Source: Schmidtea polychroa
Lineage: Eukaryota
DNA length: 64,000 nt
Direction of reading: 5' to 3'
NCBI GenBank assembly: GCA_044892525.1
Contig: CM097886.1
Span: 33,294,001 to 33,358,000 of the forward strand
The position numbers and the translations under genes were made by a program. The notes beneath the pieces were generated by a model that had not been told where the DNA came from, made no database searches, and saw only the letters and a list, made by a program, of their open reading frames with translations. Numbering within the stretch: the stretch's first letter is position 1; every line of letters begins with the position of its first letter. This document shows positions 26,463-39,497 of the stretch, piece after piece.

Positions 26463-27261
26463 ATAAATTCACTGCCAACGAAGTTAAAAAAAAGAATTTA
26501 CTAATTAATTTCTTATTCCAAAAAATATTTTTCAATAAAATTCATACTGAAATATATATTTCAATTGTCCTGATTTTATTGCAATTACTCAATGAGACAC
26601 TTCAAAGAAACTTTATGTCATTTTTAAATGCAGCTAAAAATTCTAAACAGTCATTTCTTATTTTTTACAGATGACTTTGATGATTTTATTTTCTGATGTA
26701 AATTATTTCTTTAACTAAATAAAAATGTTTGAAAGTATTTAAAAAAGAGAAAAAATATATTTTGAGCTGTAACTTGTTCCATAAATTAGAAAAAAAGAAT
26801 TGAAGCAATAAAAAATGAAATCCCACTTGAATACAATTTTATGTACAGAATCGATTTAAAAGAATTATTTCAATTTCTTTGGAATTAAGTTATGACAATA
26901 ATTTATTTTTATTGATTTTCCTGCTAAATAAATGGATATGAGAATACTTTTGCTCAATTAATATTTTTAGAGGAAAATGCATTTGCTGCCATATGAAGAT
27001 TCTCTAAATTTTCATGANNNNNNNNNNNNNNNNNNNNNNNNNNNNNNNNNNNNNNNNNNNNNNNNNNNNNNNNNNNNNNNNNNNNNNNNNNNNNNNNNNN
27101 NNNNNNNNNNNNNNNNNNNNNNNNNNNNNNNNNNNNNNNNNNNNNNNNNNNNNNNNNNNNNNNNNNNNNNNNNNNNNNNNNNNNNNNNNNNNNNNNNNNN
27201 NNNNNNNNNNNNNNNNNNNNNNNNNNNNNNNNNNNNNNNNNNNNNNNNNNNNNNNNNNNNN

Positions 27262-27610
27262 GTCTGTCCCATCCTCACCAAGATTTCTCAGTTCTTTACG
27301 GCAGAGTAATAAAACATTTAAAAACGTATTTACGGATTATGTAAATAACCATGATTATGATTACGATTCATGTTCTCCTCCTCCATATCATATTGCACAA
27401 TCACCGGCATTTTCTATTCCTCTAAGTTCGGCAAACTCCTCATGCGTATCATCACCATTCCATTCTCCAAAACGAACTGTCAACCAACGTAACAATTTAT
27501 CACAATTCTACGTGCCAAACAGTAGTATTCCTTTTCAAGAGATTAGAGAAATATGTTTGATAAAAGAAAAATCGGAAAAATATGGTTTTAAAGTGGAAAA
27601 AATTGGAATA
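27262..27610 (+). CDS. Tandem-PDZ (syntenin-like) gene, exon with Ser/Pro-rich region and start of PDZ1; 5' part lies in the gap, possible start ATG at 26977
   Basis: SVPSSPRF...SPPPYH...REICLIKEKSEKYGFKVEKIGI; donor ATA|gtatgt, phase 0. Confidence 0.75.
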
Positions 27611-28203
27611 GTATGTAAAATTAAAATGAGAAATATATTAATTAATTAATTAATTAAAATATAGTTTTTAATAATTACGAGATTGTTTAATCCCTTATTA
27701 TATATTATGATTGTTTTGTGACAATTTTTTTTGATTCATTAAAACACAACATAAAATAAAAGAAGTAAAACCAAACCAACGTACATATATATTTTAGTTT
27801 CATTTGTAGATTTTGAAAGTCAAACGTTCATTTAACCCCCCCCCCCCCTAAGTGCTTCATCTTTTACCTTTCCTACAAATTAAAACTGAAAATCTTCAAA
27901 ATAGACTATTCTAATTTCAAATTGTACTTTTCTATCAAAATAAAATAAAAATTTAATGAATAACTTAAACGTTATTTGAATACAAATATTATTTTTCATT
28001 GGATAATTTTGAATGTGTCCGATGAAATTTTATGATGGTAGCTATTTAATTTATTGAATTATAATACAATTTCATCGTTGCTTTTTACTTAAATAAGATT
28101 AAAGATGATTAATTATGACAATTGAAATATATTTATTTTTGTTTATATGACTTCTTTTTTTGTTTGTTTTTTTGTTTTTAAAAAAATAAATTTTTATTTT
28201 TAA

Positions 28204-28443
28204 CCCTTTCTAAGGCAAAGGAAACTAAAAGTGATGTAAAACTCAAAGTTTATTAATAATAATTATATAGTTACAAATGATCATACACATCTATGGTTTC
28301 AAATACTATAAATTTGTTCTCTTGTAGCTCAATATATGTCAGTAGTTGTAGCAAAAGTAAAAATGATTACCGACAGCGTTACACTTAGATATTTTTATTA
28401 GTTTAAAATGGTGTACAGTATATTGCCACCACCTCAGAAAGGG
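28204..28443. mobile_element. piggyBac-type MITE, family B (240 bp)
   Basis: TTAA|ccctttctaagg ... cctcagaaaggg|TTAA (11/12 TIR match). Confidence 0.9.
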
Positions 28444-29154
28444 TTAAATAAATTATGAATGCAAAGTGGAATATATTTACTCGAAAAAATATAAAGATTT
28501 TCGTTTCATAAATCTTAACTAAAACAACTTAATTTGGTTTAGTAATTATTATTTAGTAATTAATTATTTATATATACATATATGTATATATCAGTTAATA
28601 ATATATTTTTCACAGTCTTTTATAATCTTTCTCAATGTGTGATGACAATTTCGACCTCAATTTTTTCATAAAAGGTTTTCCAGAGAAAAGGTCCTGAAAA
28701 GATTAGAAATGATGTTACATAAGAACTCGAAATTAATTAAAAGACTTTTCCAGTCAAACCTTACTTCTCAATTACATGTAAATTATATGAGACTTTACAA
28801 AAGTATTTGACTACGGCGGTTAAAAGTTTTCTAGTATTGCCTCATTTCCACGTGTTAATATTATGTCATGTCTTATATCAATACGATAAGTTTGCGAATT
28901 GTTTTAATATCCAATTTTGATAAGTATGTTATACTGATCCTTTAAAGTACTTATCACAGAATCATTTTTTATTGAACCCAAAGTCCACAATTGTTGACTT
29001 TACCAAAGTCAAAATTTTAGTTCAAAAACTGATATAATAATTAGAAAAAATAAATATTAAAATTATAACTAATGAACTAATTCATTTATGATAATAATTT
29101 GAAATTATCTTTGAAAACAAGAAGTTAAAATTATAAATATCCTTTTAATTACAG

Positions 29155-29327
29155 GGGATATTCATTACAAATTTGCTGCCTGATTCACCAACAGTTAAAG
29201 CAGGACTCAAAGTAGGAGATGAAATTGTTCGTTTAAACAATTTACAAATTTCTGAACTCAGCAATATTGAATTAATTGAGCAGATAAAATCATCAGAAAC
29301 ATGCCTCAAAGTGTCTTTTAAGCCCAG
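29155..29327 (+). CDS. Tandem-PDZ gene exon, core of PDZ1
   Basis: ttacag|GIFITNLLPDSPTVKAGLKVGDEIVRLNNLQISELSNIELIEQIKSSETCLKVSFKP(R)|gtaatt; phase 0 in, phase 2 out. Confidence 0.9.
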
Positions 29328-30216
29328 GTAATTTTAATTTCCCCTTCTTTTAATGAAATACCAGAAAATAAGACATTGAAAATGTCACTAGAGATAATTA
29401 AAGTTTTACAGTNNNNNNNNNNNNNNNNNNNNNNNNNNNNNNNNNNNNNNNNNNNNNNNNNNNNNNNNNNNNNNNNNNNNNNNNNNNNNNNNNNNNNNNN
29501 NNNNNNNNNNNNNNNNNNNNNNNNNNNNNNNNNNNNNNNNNNNNNNNNNNNNNNNNNNNNNNNNNNNNNNNNNNNNNNTATATAAAAGATTATAACTAAT
29601 TGCTGTTCTGTGTTATATTTTATGAATTATTTATTATTATATTGTAAAACGAGAAAAAAATAAAAATGTATATACAGGAAAACTCGGAATGAATTTAAAA
29701 TAGTAGATTTTGTCAAATCTCCAGTCGTTCAATGTTTCTGATATATAATGGCAGTATCAATTATTTATGAATAAAATGGTAGACATAGTATATCACTAAT
29801 TATATTGAACATGTTTACCAATTATAACTACTGTTGCCCAACTGAATTTATCCTCGACAGACAACGGCGACCTCCAGAACTTTGCACTGATATTATCATT
29901 TTATAGATTTGACAAAGAGAACCAAGTTTCTTTAACAGTGCTCCAAAATAAATACTGTAAATAAAATAAATAATAAAAAAAATAATAAATAGTATTGGAA
30001 CATTTGTCACACATTCGAACTTTTGATAGGAGAAAACATAATTGGAAAATAATTGATAATGATTATATTTCCCGAAAAAAAGATTTTCTTTAAACGAAAT
30101 TGCAAATGAAAAGGTTATTAACTTATGATGTAGTAAGAGAATGTTAATAAATAGTGTTAAATAATTAAAACTGAACTCTCGAAGATAAACAATATTACTT
30201 TTCAGTAAGAATTATA

Positions 30217-30502
30217 CAGGGTAGGGCAAATAGATCTAACACATTTGAAATTTAAAAAAAAACCAAATTAAAGTAAATAAATGAAAAGGTATTTTTATTT
30301 ATCAATTGTACATATGTTGCCATTTTTTTGTTTGAATGATAAAAGAAAGTATTTTTATTTCCCTAAAGTACATATGATGCCATTTAAAATAAAATAAAAT
30401 GACATCATATATACAGGTGATAAATAATATGACTTTTTTATTTATTTATTTTAATTTAATTTGGTTTAAATTTCAAATGTGTCAGATCTTTTTGCTCCAC
30501 CG
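30217..30502. mobile_element. Tc1/mariner-type MITE (286 bp)
   Basis: TA|cagggtagggcaaatagatctaacacatttgaaatttaaa ... tttaaatttcaaatgtgtcagatctttttgctccaccg|TA; ~60-bp imperfect TIRs. Confidence 0.85.
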
Positions 30503-32076
30503 TATATTATCAAAAGACAAGATCTACAGTAAAATGTAATATAAAATATTAATAACTATTGCAATTATTACATATATTTTATTCTTTGTTATTCTTTGTT
30601 TATTCTTTTGTTAAGTTAATGTTATGGCAAGGAATCTTTATATATCACGCAAATTTTTGTCTGCACTCAATTGCAAAACACCTTTCAAACCTAATATTTG
30701 ACATTTATTAAATCGGTATGTCATTATTATGATTAAAGTTTTTAATTATTATTATTCATTATTTGAAAAAGTTGAATAATTTATAAAGATTTTTTAAAAG
30801 AATAAATATAGTTGTTATATATAGTTCTTAGTTATTACGATATTTTCTCAAGCTCTTAATTAAAGAGTAATTTAATGAAGCAAATTAATTATTAATGTCT
30901 CGTGAATTTGTGAATATTCACATAATTATAGTAAATAANNNNNNNNNNNNNNNNNNNNNNNNNNNNNNNNNNNNNNNNNNNNNNNNNNNNNNNNNNNNNN
31001 NNNNNNNNNNNNNNNNNNNNNNNNNNNNNNNNNNNNNNNNNNNNNNNNNNNNNNNNNNNNNNNNNNNNNNNNNNNNNNNNNNNNNNNNNNNNNNNNNNNN
31101 NNNNNNNNNNNNNNNNNNNNNNNNNNNNNNNNNNNNNNNNNNNNNNNNNNNNNNNNNNNNNNNNNNAACTATTATTTATATTATATTTACCATTTAATTA
31201 AATAGATTTCCATTTACACCTACTATTCATATTTCTAATCATAATATTTTAGTTAACAGTAGGAACAGTGACTATAAACCATCAAGTTTGCATGCCCATT
31301 TTGGGCTTTTAAGAACCAGTTATATACAGATATAGACATCAATTTTCCCGCTTATATAATGGGATCATTTTTCATAGATATATTAAGATACTTTAATGCA
31401 ATTATTATACACAATTATTTTATTTAAATAAAATGAATTATAAATGAATAAAAATAATTAAAACTATTAGAACAACTATATAATTAAAATTTATCCAAAT
31501 TCTTTTTAACGCCATTCAATTCAGAAAGAATGGAGATTATTAGTCTGTCCAAAATACAACTGATGGAAAAATGTTCTCTTAAAACTGGAAATTCGGTGAA
31601 ACTTTACAAATATAATACAGTATTCCATATTGGTACATGACTTGAAAGACTGTTACCATTATTTCGTTTATTCTGTAATTTGAAAAACCGAGTACATCAA
31701 CTGACTTAGACTAATGACATAAGAATGGAAATTTATTTGAATTCATTTTTATATACTACTAAATCCCTAAATTATGTTTACTTGTTAATTATATTTAGAC
31801 AGAAGGTGGTTTTGCCAGCAGTATTTTTCACAAATCCTATAATTTATAATATAAAATAATTATTGAAAATAATAATAGTCATTATTTTATGCATTTTTAC
31901 ACAAATAATACCTTTATATCAATTTACAAGAAAGAAACATTTTTATTAATCGATGTAACTAGAAACATTCATTAATTAATTATTTTATTTATTTTATTCG
32001 CAATTAAAATATATTGAAATACTCATAAATAAAACTAGAGATTTACTTTGAAAAAACTTTACTCGTCGTTTTAAAA

Positions 32077-32690
32077 TGTAAATAAAAATCTGTTTGTTTT
32101 ATAAAGTCATCGTTATGTTTATGAATAATGAATAATAATTTGCATTCATTTTCTGTCTGGGTTACACTTTGTTGTTCTGCATTTTAAACGAAAAAAATTA
32201 AATTTACAATTTGGTTTGTAGCTGTTTAGGATTTACTGTAAAATATGCAAAAATTAAAAAAGGAGATAAATGTGATAAGACTTCTGAATCAAACTTCCTT
32301 TTGTTGAATTGATAAAGAAGATATTGATGATAAAGGAAATTGTGATAATTAAGAGACCCTTGAAAAAAAGGCAGTGTCTATAATTCGTCAGTATCAAAAA
32401 ACATCGATATATTGCTGATTTATAGTCTTCAAGCTCTCTTTTTAATAAATTCAATGGAAAAAATAATTAGTGGTGAAAGTGGAAAAATAAATATATAAAT
32501 AAAAATCTGTAAATAAAAATCTGTTTGTTTTATAAAGTCATCGTTATGTTTATGAATAATGAATAATATATATATAATATATAAGAACTTTGTTTATCAA
32601 ATTTCACCACTGATTTCTTTTCCATTGACATTGTATTTATTAAAATATCTTGACTATAAATCAGTAAATATATCAAAAACATCGATATAT
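32077..32690. repeat. Composite repeat: perfect 61-bp direct repeat (32077-32137, 32508-32568) plus inverted repeat ~32405-32495 / ~32595-32675; related copy at ~40140-40220
   Basis: Direct comparison of tgtaaataaaaatctgtttg...gaataata. gactataaatcag(c/t)aatatatcgatg occurs in both orientations and again at 40148. Confidence 0.8.
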
Positions 32691-35356
32691 AATATGTTGG
32701 CTTTTAAATATTCTTAATGAAACTAGTTAACGATTTACATCTAAAGGTAGAAAATATTGATCAACATTAATTTAACTGCATTTAAACAAATAATATTCAA
32801 AAAGTACCGACAGGCTGCTAAACGTTTACTGCACTTTGATTTTACTAATTTAATCCGATCATTTTATAGGAAATGAATTTCGTTGTCTTCCGAAAGCATT
32901 TTATACAATCTGAATGACTTCAATTTCAGCTACTATTCTAGTAAATCTTTTTTTCAAAATAATTCTCAATTTAAGAAACCAACAAATTCCAAAATCTGAA
33001 ATTAAATTCTTTTTTTACTAATTAAAATTTCTTTCAATTATATTACTTTGTCCATTATAAAATTTACTACTCTAATTTAAAGTTGACGAGTGGTTTNNNN
33101 NNNNNNNNNNNNNNNNNNNNNNNNNNNNNNNNNNNNNNNNNNNNNNNNNNNNNNNNNNNNNNNNNNNNNNNNNNNNNNNNNNNNNNNNNNNNNNNNNNNN
33201 NNNNNNNNNNNNNNNNNNNNNNNNNNNNNNNNNNNNNNNNNNNNNNNNNNNNNNNNNNNNNNNNNNNNNNNNNNNNNNNNNNNNNNNNNNNNNNNNNNNN
33301 NNNNNNNNNNNNNNNNNNNACCCTTTTATGTTAATACAAAATCAATAATGACACTCAAAATTTTAACTTAATTTTAATTTTATTCACTTCGTCGAATAAA
33401 AAATGTATGTCTTCTTATTGCTGTAAAACCTATTTCGAAAATGACCTAATTTTTATTATTATAATTCCAATAGTTCATTTCATTGATAAACACTTTTATT
33501 CTATTTTATTCTATTTGGCAAAAATATTTTCTGAATATTTGATAAATCTTTCGCTGTTAAATTGAGTTAAAGAAATCGTTTTAAAACTCAATAAATATTG
33601 TCAATATGCAATAAATTTCAGAAACTTATTTATTTTAAACTTGGTAAAAGATGAAAACTCATTTTATTTCCAAAAAATAGTTTTTCACTAACACCTTTTT
33701 TTAGGAATAATTTTAATAATTTTACAATTGAAATAAAATAATTTTAAGACATTATAAACAGTTGAAACATGCAAATGACATACAAATAGTTATTTATTTC
33801 TAACATTTAAAATTAATGACGTAAAGTTAATGCCAAATAATTACGTATTTTATTTGGGATTTTGTTTCTTACTTTCACTTTCTTCATATGTTTATATTTT
33901 TAAAAACACTCAAAAATCTACATTTCGTTCTCCGATTTGTTAAATAGATTTTTCATTTAAATAAAAATGATCTAATGTGATTTAATTAAAGAAAATATTA
34001 TTCGTAATATAATTGAAATAATTAAAATTAATTAAATAGATAGTCAATAAGAAAATATAAATAACAAATAAAACTAAATAATAAATAGTAAATAAATAAT
34101 AAATTTTAAATGAGCTTTCAAATATTATAAACAAATAAAGAGAAAATACTTTTTTCATGCATTTGAAAAATTACTACAAATTTAACTGAAAATCGAAAAT
34201 TCAGAGAACTTTATTTTCAATTAAATAATTGTATTACGAGTTTCCATTTATTCATCATAAATGCATTTACTAATAAAAGGTTTTCTACAAAATTAATATT
34301 TACATTTCATAATTTAGTGACATTGTAAAATAAATGAAAATTTTATTTGCTTAAAATAATAATGAATGGCAAATTTTTAATAATAAATGAAAACAATTGG
34401 AATTTGTCGTCCATCAAAATTATTCAAGAGCTGTATTTCAGCTTTTCCCTCTTAATTCCATATATGACAATAAATAGTCATTATTTCCAATCAGGAAATT
34501 TCAATATTCGGTCAGTTAATTAAATTTGTTCAGCAATTTGTAATACAGATTTTTGTTTTTATTAACTAAATTGTATGTGATGTACTTTGACGCACTTTTN
34601 NNNNNNNNNNNNNNNNNNNNNNNNNNNNNNNNNNNNNNNNNNNNNNNNNNNNNNNNNNNNNNNNNNNNNNNNNNNNNNNNNNNNNNNNNNNNNNNNNNNN
34701 NNNNNNNNNNNNNNNNNNNNNNNNNNNNNNNNNNNNNNNNNNNNNNNNNNNAGTAAAATAATGTAAATCAAATCTACCATAACCTAAAATAAAAATAGAT
34801 GATGTAATTAAACAATAAATCAAGATAAATATTTGTGGAAAATAAATTTTATATTTTAGAATTGTAGATTTGATTTTTTCTTCTCTATGAACAATTCTTT
34901 TTTAGTTTACCTTTTTTGTATTTATTTCATGAATTTTGTGCTGTGACTTTGAATCATTGTTTGTTCTTATTCATAAAAGAGCATTTATTTGTCTTTACCG
35001 AGTCTTGGCAGTTGTATGTAGTGAGGACTCCAGCGCACTTTCATGATTACCACAACGTCATGAAATATATCAAGATCAAATGTAGATCAATTGAATCATT
35101 TTATTTTTTAAATTGTGTTTAATTACTTCTATTTAATTATTTAATTTATTACATTTGATTAATTAATTATTTTATTATTATTTTATTTTAATCACTTTAT
35201 TTAATTTTGAAATAATTCTTTTTATTTAATAAATTTTAATTATTATTATTAGTAGTAGTAGTATTGTCATTATCTTTATTTATTAATTTTTTATTATTAT
35301 TACTTATTTATTTTTCATTTTTAATCTCAACTGTATCCAAAAATGATTGCCGATGG

Positions 35357-35766
35357 GCTCCTGGAATCTTCAAATTAACCAGTGACCAATCCAATGTTCT
35401 CAAATAAAATTTGTTCAGTAATCGGAAAAGTTAAGGTTAAAGTTAATCAAGGAAATCAATATAAAGAATAGGTGTTTCTTCGTCCCAAGTGTTAATTACT
35501 TCAAGACAGTAAAGACACTCTAAAAGCCAAAGAATAAGTTTTACAAATTCTAATTTCTCACATGAAGCTTACAAAAAAGTGTATACTGATGAAGTAACAT
35601 TGAGAATCCCACAAAAAAGAATATGAATCAGTTGTATACTTTCAAGTTAGAAAAACGAGCTCTCCAATATTTGGATGATAAAAGGTATTGGTTCAATTGT
35701 AATGAAAGGTATGTCTACGGTTACTATAAGATTCGTCATATGCATATCGCAACTCCTCTCTCATGA
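35357..35766 (+). pseudogene. Polinton/Maverick protein-primed family B DNA polymerase, C-terminal remnant
   Basis: Collinear motifs across frames: APGIFK, FLRPK, LKAK, NFSHEAYKKVY, NQLYTFKLEKRALQYLDDKRYWFNCNERYVYGYYKI. These match the pPolB C-terminal pattern GxFK, LRPKxY, KAKG, DDKRY, YGHYK. Confidence 0.8.
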
Positions 35767-36172
35767 AATGAATGCATATCGAAACAATCATGATTCTTCT
35801 AAAAATTAAATGTGTAATTTATGCGAATAACAAAATATACATTTAAAATTGCATTTTAAATAAATTTAGATAATTAGTTTTGAGTAAGAATTATTATTTT
35901 CATGTTTATTTTGTTTTCGCTGAAAGATTATTATATAAAACTAATTCAGCGTTATTTTATAATAAATCTAAAAATTACTACTTAAATTTTGTTCCAATGG
36001 AAATATTCTTGTTATAATTTATGCTCTTATTACAAAAAAATTGAAATGTAAAAAATAATAATAATAAATAAATTAAATTAATTAAATAATTTAAAAATGA
36101 AAAATAAAAGATAAAAATCATACTAATAATAGTATAAAATGATGACTTCTTGGTAGCAGCATTTATTATTTA

Positions 36173-36346
36173 AAACAATAAAATGATAATTTAAGCCTTT
36201 TGCTGCAAATAATGTATTTAATGAAAGAATTTCGACTATAAGATAGTCCTTGTCAATCAAGTTGACAAGGACTATCTTATAGTCGAAAATATTTTCATTA
36301 AATACATTATTTGCAGCAAAAGGCTTAAATTATCATTTTATTGTTT
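36173..36346. repeat. Near-perfect palindrome of family R1 (~85-bp arms, 5-nt loop tcaag at 36257-36261)
   Basis: ...agatagtccttgtcaa tcaag ttgacaaggactatct...; the inserted block 36132-36346 is flanked by the direct repeat catactaataata (36119-36131, 36347-36359). Confidence 0.95.
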
Positions 36347-37848
36347 CATACTAATAATAATAATAATTAAAATTTATACATAAAAACTAAAACAAAAAAA
36401 ATAAATAAAAATAATTAATTAAATATTAAATAAAGCAAGTGATGAAATAAAATAATAATAAAATAATTCATAATCAAATGTAAAAAATTAAATAATTAAA
36501 TAGAAGTAATTAAATAAAATTTAAAAAATAAAATGATTCGATTGATCTACATTTGATCTAGACATATTTAATGACGTTATGATGATCTTGAAAGTGCGCT
36601 GGAGTCCTCACTGCATACTACTCTTGGCCATTCTTATGTTAAAATATTTAATAGCGTGGTTTTTCTTTTTCTTCCAAACTGAAAAATTTCCAGCTCATTT
36701 TCTCGACGTTGTCTTTTCTAAATTAAACTCAGTAAGTTTGGATTATTTAGAATATGGCATGTCTTTTACCGTTATTTTCAAAGAAATAAAATTTAATTTT
36801 ATCTCTCCAGTTGACAACTCATTAATTACGATTATGCCAGTCGCCAATTTGGAATATAAGTTTTTTTTGATAGATATAACTAATAATATACAAATCAGAA
36901 CTCATATCAATTTGTATTACAGATTTGTTTATTTTTCATCTGATTTCTTTCAATCCTCATTAACATACAGAGTTATTAAAATTATTGTACAAATAAAATA
37001 AAATATTTTGGAGAAAGGCGCTATAAAGCAGAACTTCTAATTATATCATTTTCAAATTAAATCTGCTATAAATAATGAATTTGTGAGTCTAGTATGTATT
37101 TTGGTAAAATACTTCTAGGAAAAAATTGCAACTCTAAGATAGAGTTTGTATATATTTTTAAATTTTATCTTTCTGATTTGTAATTTATAGAGTTAAAAGA
37201 ACTTTTTGGTATTTATAATAACCGCATAGAATGAAATTTGTCTTCATAATTTAATATTTTTTCTCTTTATTGTCTCGACATTTCTATATTAAAATTGAAG
37301 TCAGTTGAGTATTTTGCATTAAAGTTTAAAGTTTTATCTGTTATTGTTTCTTCAAAAATTAAAATTGGAAATGTTATTATTCATGCAACATTTTTCCATA
37401 TCAAAAGTTTACATACATTTTTGTATGTTGTGTTTGTGTGTTAAAGTTATATTTTCTACCAGTTTTTCAATTTCTATTTTACTCGTTATCATTCATAAAA
37501 CACTAAAATTTATACACATCTAAGCTTGTATGTTTCTATAAAATTAGTTTATTGATTCTTTTTAGTATAATAAATGTTAATATTCCACAAAAATAGGTGT
37601 ACAAGCAAACATATATGTACTCTTCTGAATAGATGCATACAAAGATTTTAGTGACGTGCAGTTAGAACCAGGGGACAAATGAAAATATATCCGATTCTGT
37701 TCGCATAAATCAAATTGACGAATAAGCACACAATTTTAAGTTGATTGTGCTTTGGTGTATTTTATGTCACCATAAAAAGTATCATGTAAATATAATATAC
37801 AAACTGGTTACTTATTGAAGATTCAATTTGGAAATGATGTATCTAGAT

Positions 37849-39036
37849 CAGTGTTTCCCAACCTTTTTTAGCTCATGTCCCCCCTAGCTGAATTTTTTTT
37901 CTTTTGTCCCCCCTATGCAAAACATTTTACAGTTTTTAAAAAATTTCCAACTATTTTTATTGATATACCTAATTAATAGATAAAGATTAATTATTTTATT
38001 CAATGAGACGATTGACTCTGATGGTTACTGCAGAGTGATTTAATATTAGGTTCGAAGTTGGTAAGTTTAAGCCTTAGATCTCCTCTTTCGATGATATCTA
38101 AACGATTTCTCTTCTTGATAAGTAAATCATTAATTACACTAAATCCACATTCAGATAAATAGGTAGTGGGAAATGGTAATAATAGTTTTCTTGCATAAGA
38201 TGTTGACATTGGATAGTTTTTATTCATCTCATCGCTAAGCCATGCCATTATCCCTTTCAAACAAAACAGATTTTTTATTGATTCATCGTTTTGAATCTCA
38301 GCGATTTCTTCTATATATTCAAATTTTTCGAATTCTACCAAATCTATAAGCACCGGCTGCGTTATCCAATTTGGGAAGATAATTTCTTTTAAGTCTGAAA
38401 ACCTCTCTTCTAAGTCTTCTATAAGTAATTTTAAATGGTCAAGAATCACTGACTTGGCTGATTCACTTACTTCACATTTCTGAAGCCAATTAAAACTTTC
38501 AAAGTTTTTCTTTGAGAGTGATTTAATACTTATTTTTAAAAGCGAAATAAAACTAAATATTTTTGCTTTAACTTCAATAAGATTTCTGTTTTTCCCTTGA
38601 AGTTGCTTGTTGAGAGTATTAAATTTCTCAAAGATATCTGTTAAATAGCTCAAATAAGCCTTACCATCTTTCGTCATTAAGAATTTCATCTCAATCTTGT
38701 CGGAAAGAAAGACACTAAGACTATCAAAAAGCTCCATGAATCTAGCCAAACAATTTCCTTTTGAAAGCCATCTTACTTCAGTATGTAATAAAAGTCGAAT
38801 ATATTCTTCATTTTGTTCTTTACAGAATAACTTAAAAAGACGTTCATTCTTTGAATTGGCTTTAATGAAATTAATACATTTTATAACTGACTGTAAAACT
38901 TCATTTAACTTAGGACTATTCTCGAATTTTACTGAAGAAAATAAAGAAAACGTAACCCAAACCGAAAATTAACATATATTCCCTAAAATTGAAATTGCCC
39001 CCAAGTGGGGCGTGGGCTCCACGTTGGGAAACACTG
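37849..39036 (-). mobile_element. hAT Buster-type (ZBED5/ZBED8/SCAND3-like) deletion derivative, 1188 bp, inside a PDZ-gene intron
   Basis: Perfect 14-bp TIR cagtgtttcccaac / gttgggaaacactg; TSD atctagat / atctaaat (7/8). Confidence 0.95.
38000..38968 (-). CDS. Buster-type transposase C-terminal half, stop-free frame of ~320 codons
   Basis: VIKCINFIKANSKNERLFKLFC...LLLHTEVRWLSKGNCLARF...YLSYLTDIFEKFNTLNKQLQG...LLLPFPTTYLSECGFS...RNRLDI...GDLRLKLTNFEPNI. Confidence 0.9.
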   Translation of the reverse strand, partial: FSVWVTFSLFSSVKFENSPKLNEVLQSVIKCINFIKANSKNERLFKLFCKEQNEEYIRLLLHTEVRWLSKGNCLARFMELFDSLSVFLSDKIEMKFLMTKDGKAYLSYLTDIFEKFNTLNKQLQGKNRNLIEVKAKIFSFISLLKISIKSLSKKNFESFNWLQKCEVSESAKSVILDHLKLLIEDLEERFSDLKEIIFPNWITQPVLIDLVEFEKFEYIEEIAEIQNDESIKNLFCLKGIMAWLSDEMNKNYPMSTSYARKLLLPFPTTYLSECGFSVINDLLIKKRNRLDIIERGDLRLKLTNFEPNIKSLCSNHQSQSSH

Positions 39037-39497
39037 ATCTAAATGTATAAAATACTCATTTAAGTTTTATTATTCATTTACCATTTATAGCATTTATTAT
39101 TAAAATCAGTGAAAATTATAAAAATTATATTTTGGAATATTCCAATTATAAAAAGTAAAAAAAACATGTTTACTGAAAATTTTATTTTCATTATCTGATA
39201 CTCATTTTTCTTAAGTCACATGTAAACACATGGTTTTATTTATTATTTTTAGTAAACAATTAAATATTTTTCTAAGCAACATTCGTTACAAATTTGCATT
39301 GCCGTAAACAGAAAATCAATTTTGACTAAATAATTCATAGAGTTGATCTCAGTTTATAAACAATTTCTCAACAAATTATTGTAGAAAAATTTATAGAAAA
39401 CAGTATTTATGGCTATAGATATAATTTTTAATAATAATTCATTACTTTTCAGTTGTAACAAATGTTATTTTCTCTGTTAATATTTCGTTCAAAATAG

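Larger units (their letters stand above)
35005..36625. repeat. Large inverted duplication (~35005-35245 vs ~36350-36625) flanking the Polinton polB remnant
   Basis: gtagtgaggactccagcgcactttcatgattacc...gatcaaatgtagatcaattgaatcatttt versus the reverse complement of 36520-36615, roughly 90% identical by eye. Confidence 0.85.

Noticed and set aside
36579-37001. 140-aa hydrophobic ORF
   Set aside because: F/I/L-rich reading of AT-rich DNA overlapping the inverted-repeat arm; no motif, and probably antisense to decayed Polinton sequence.
38697-38972. 91-aa plus-strand ORF
   Set aside because: Antisense to the Buster transposase frame.
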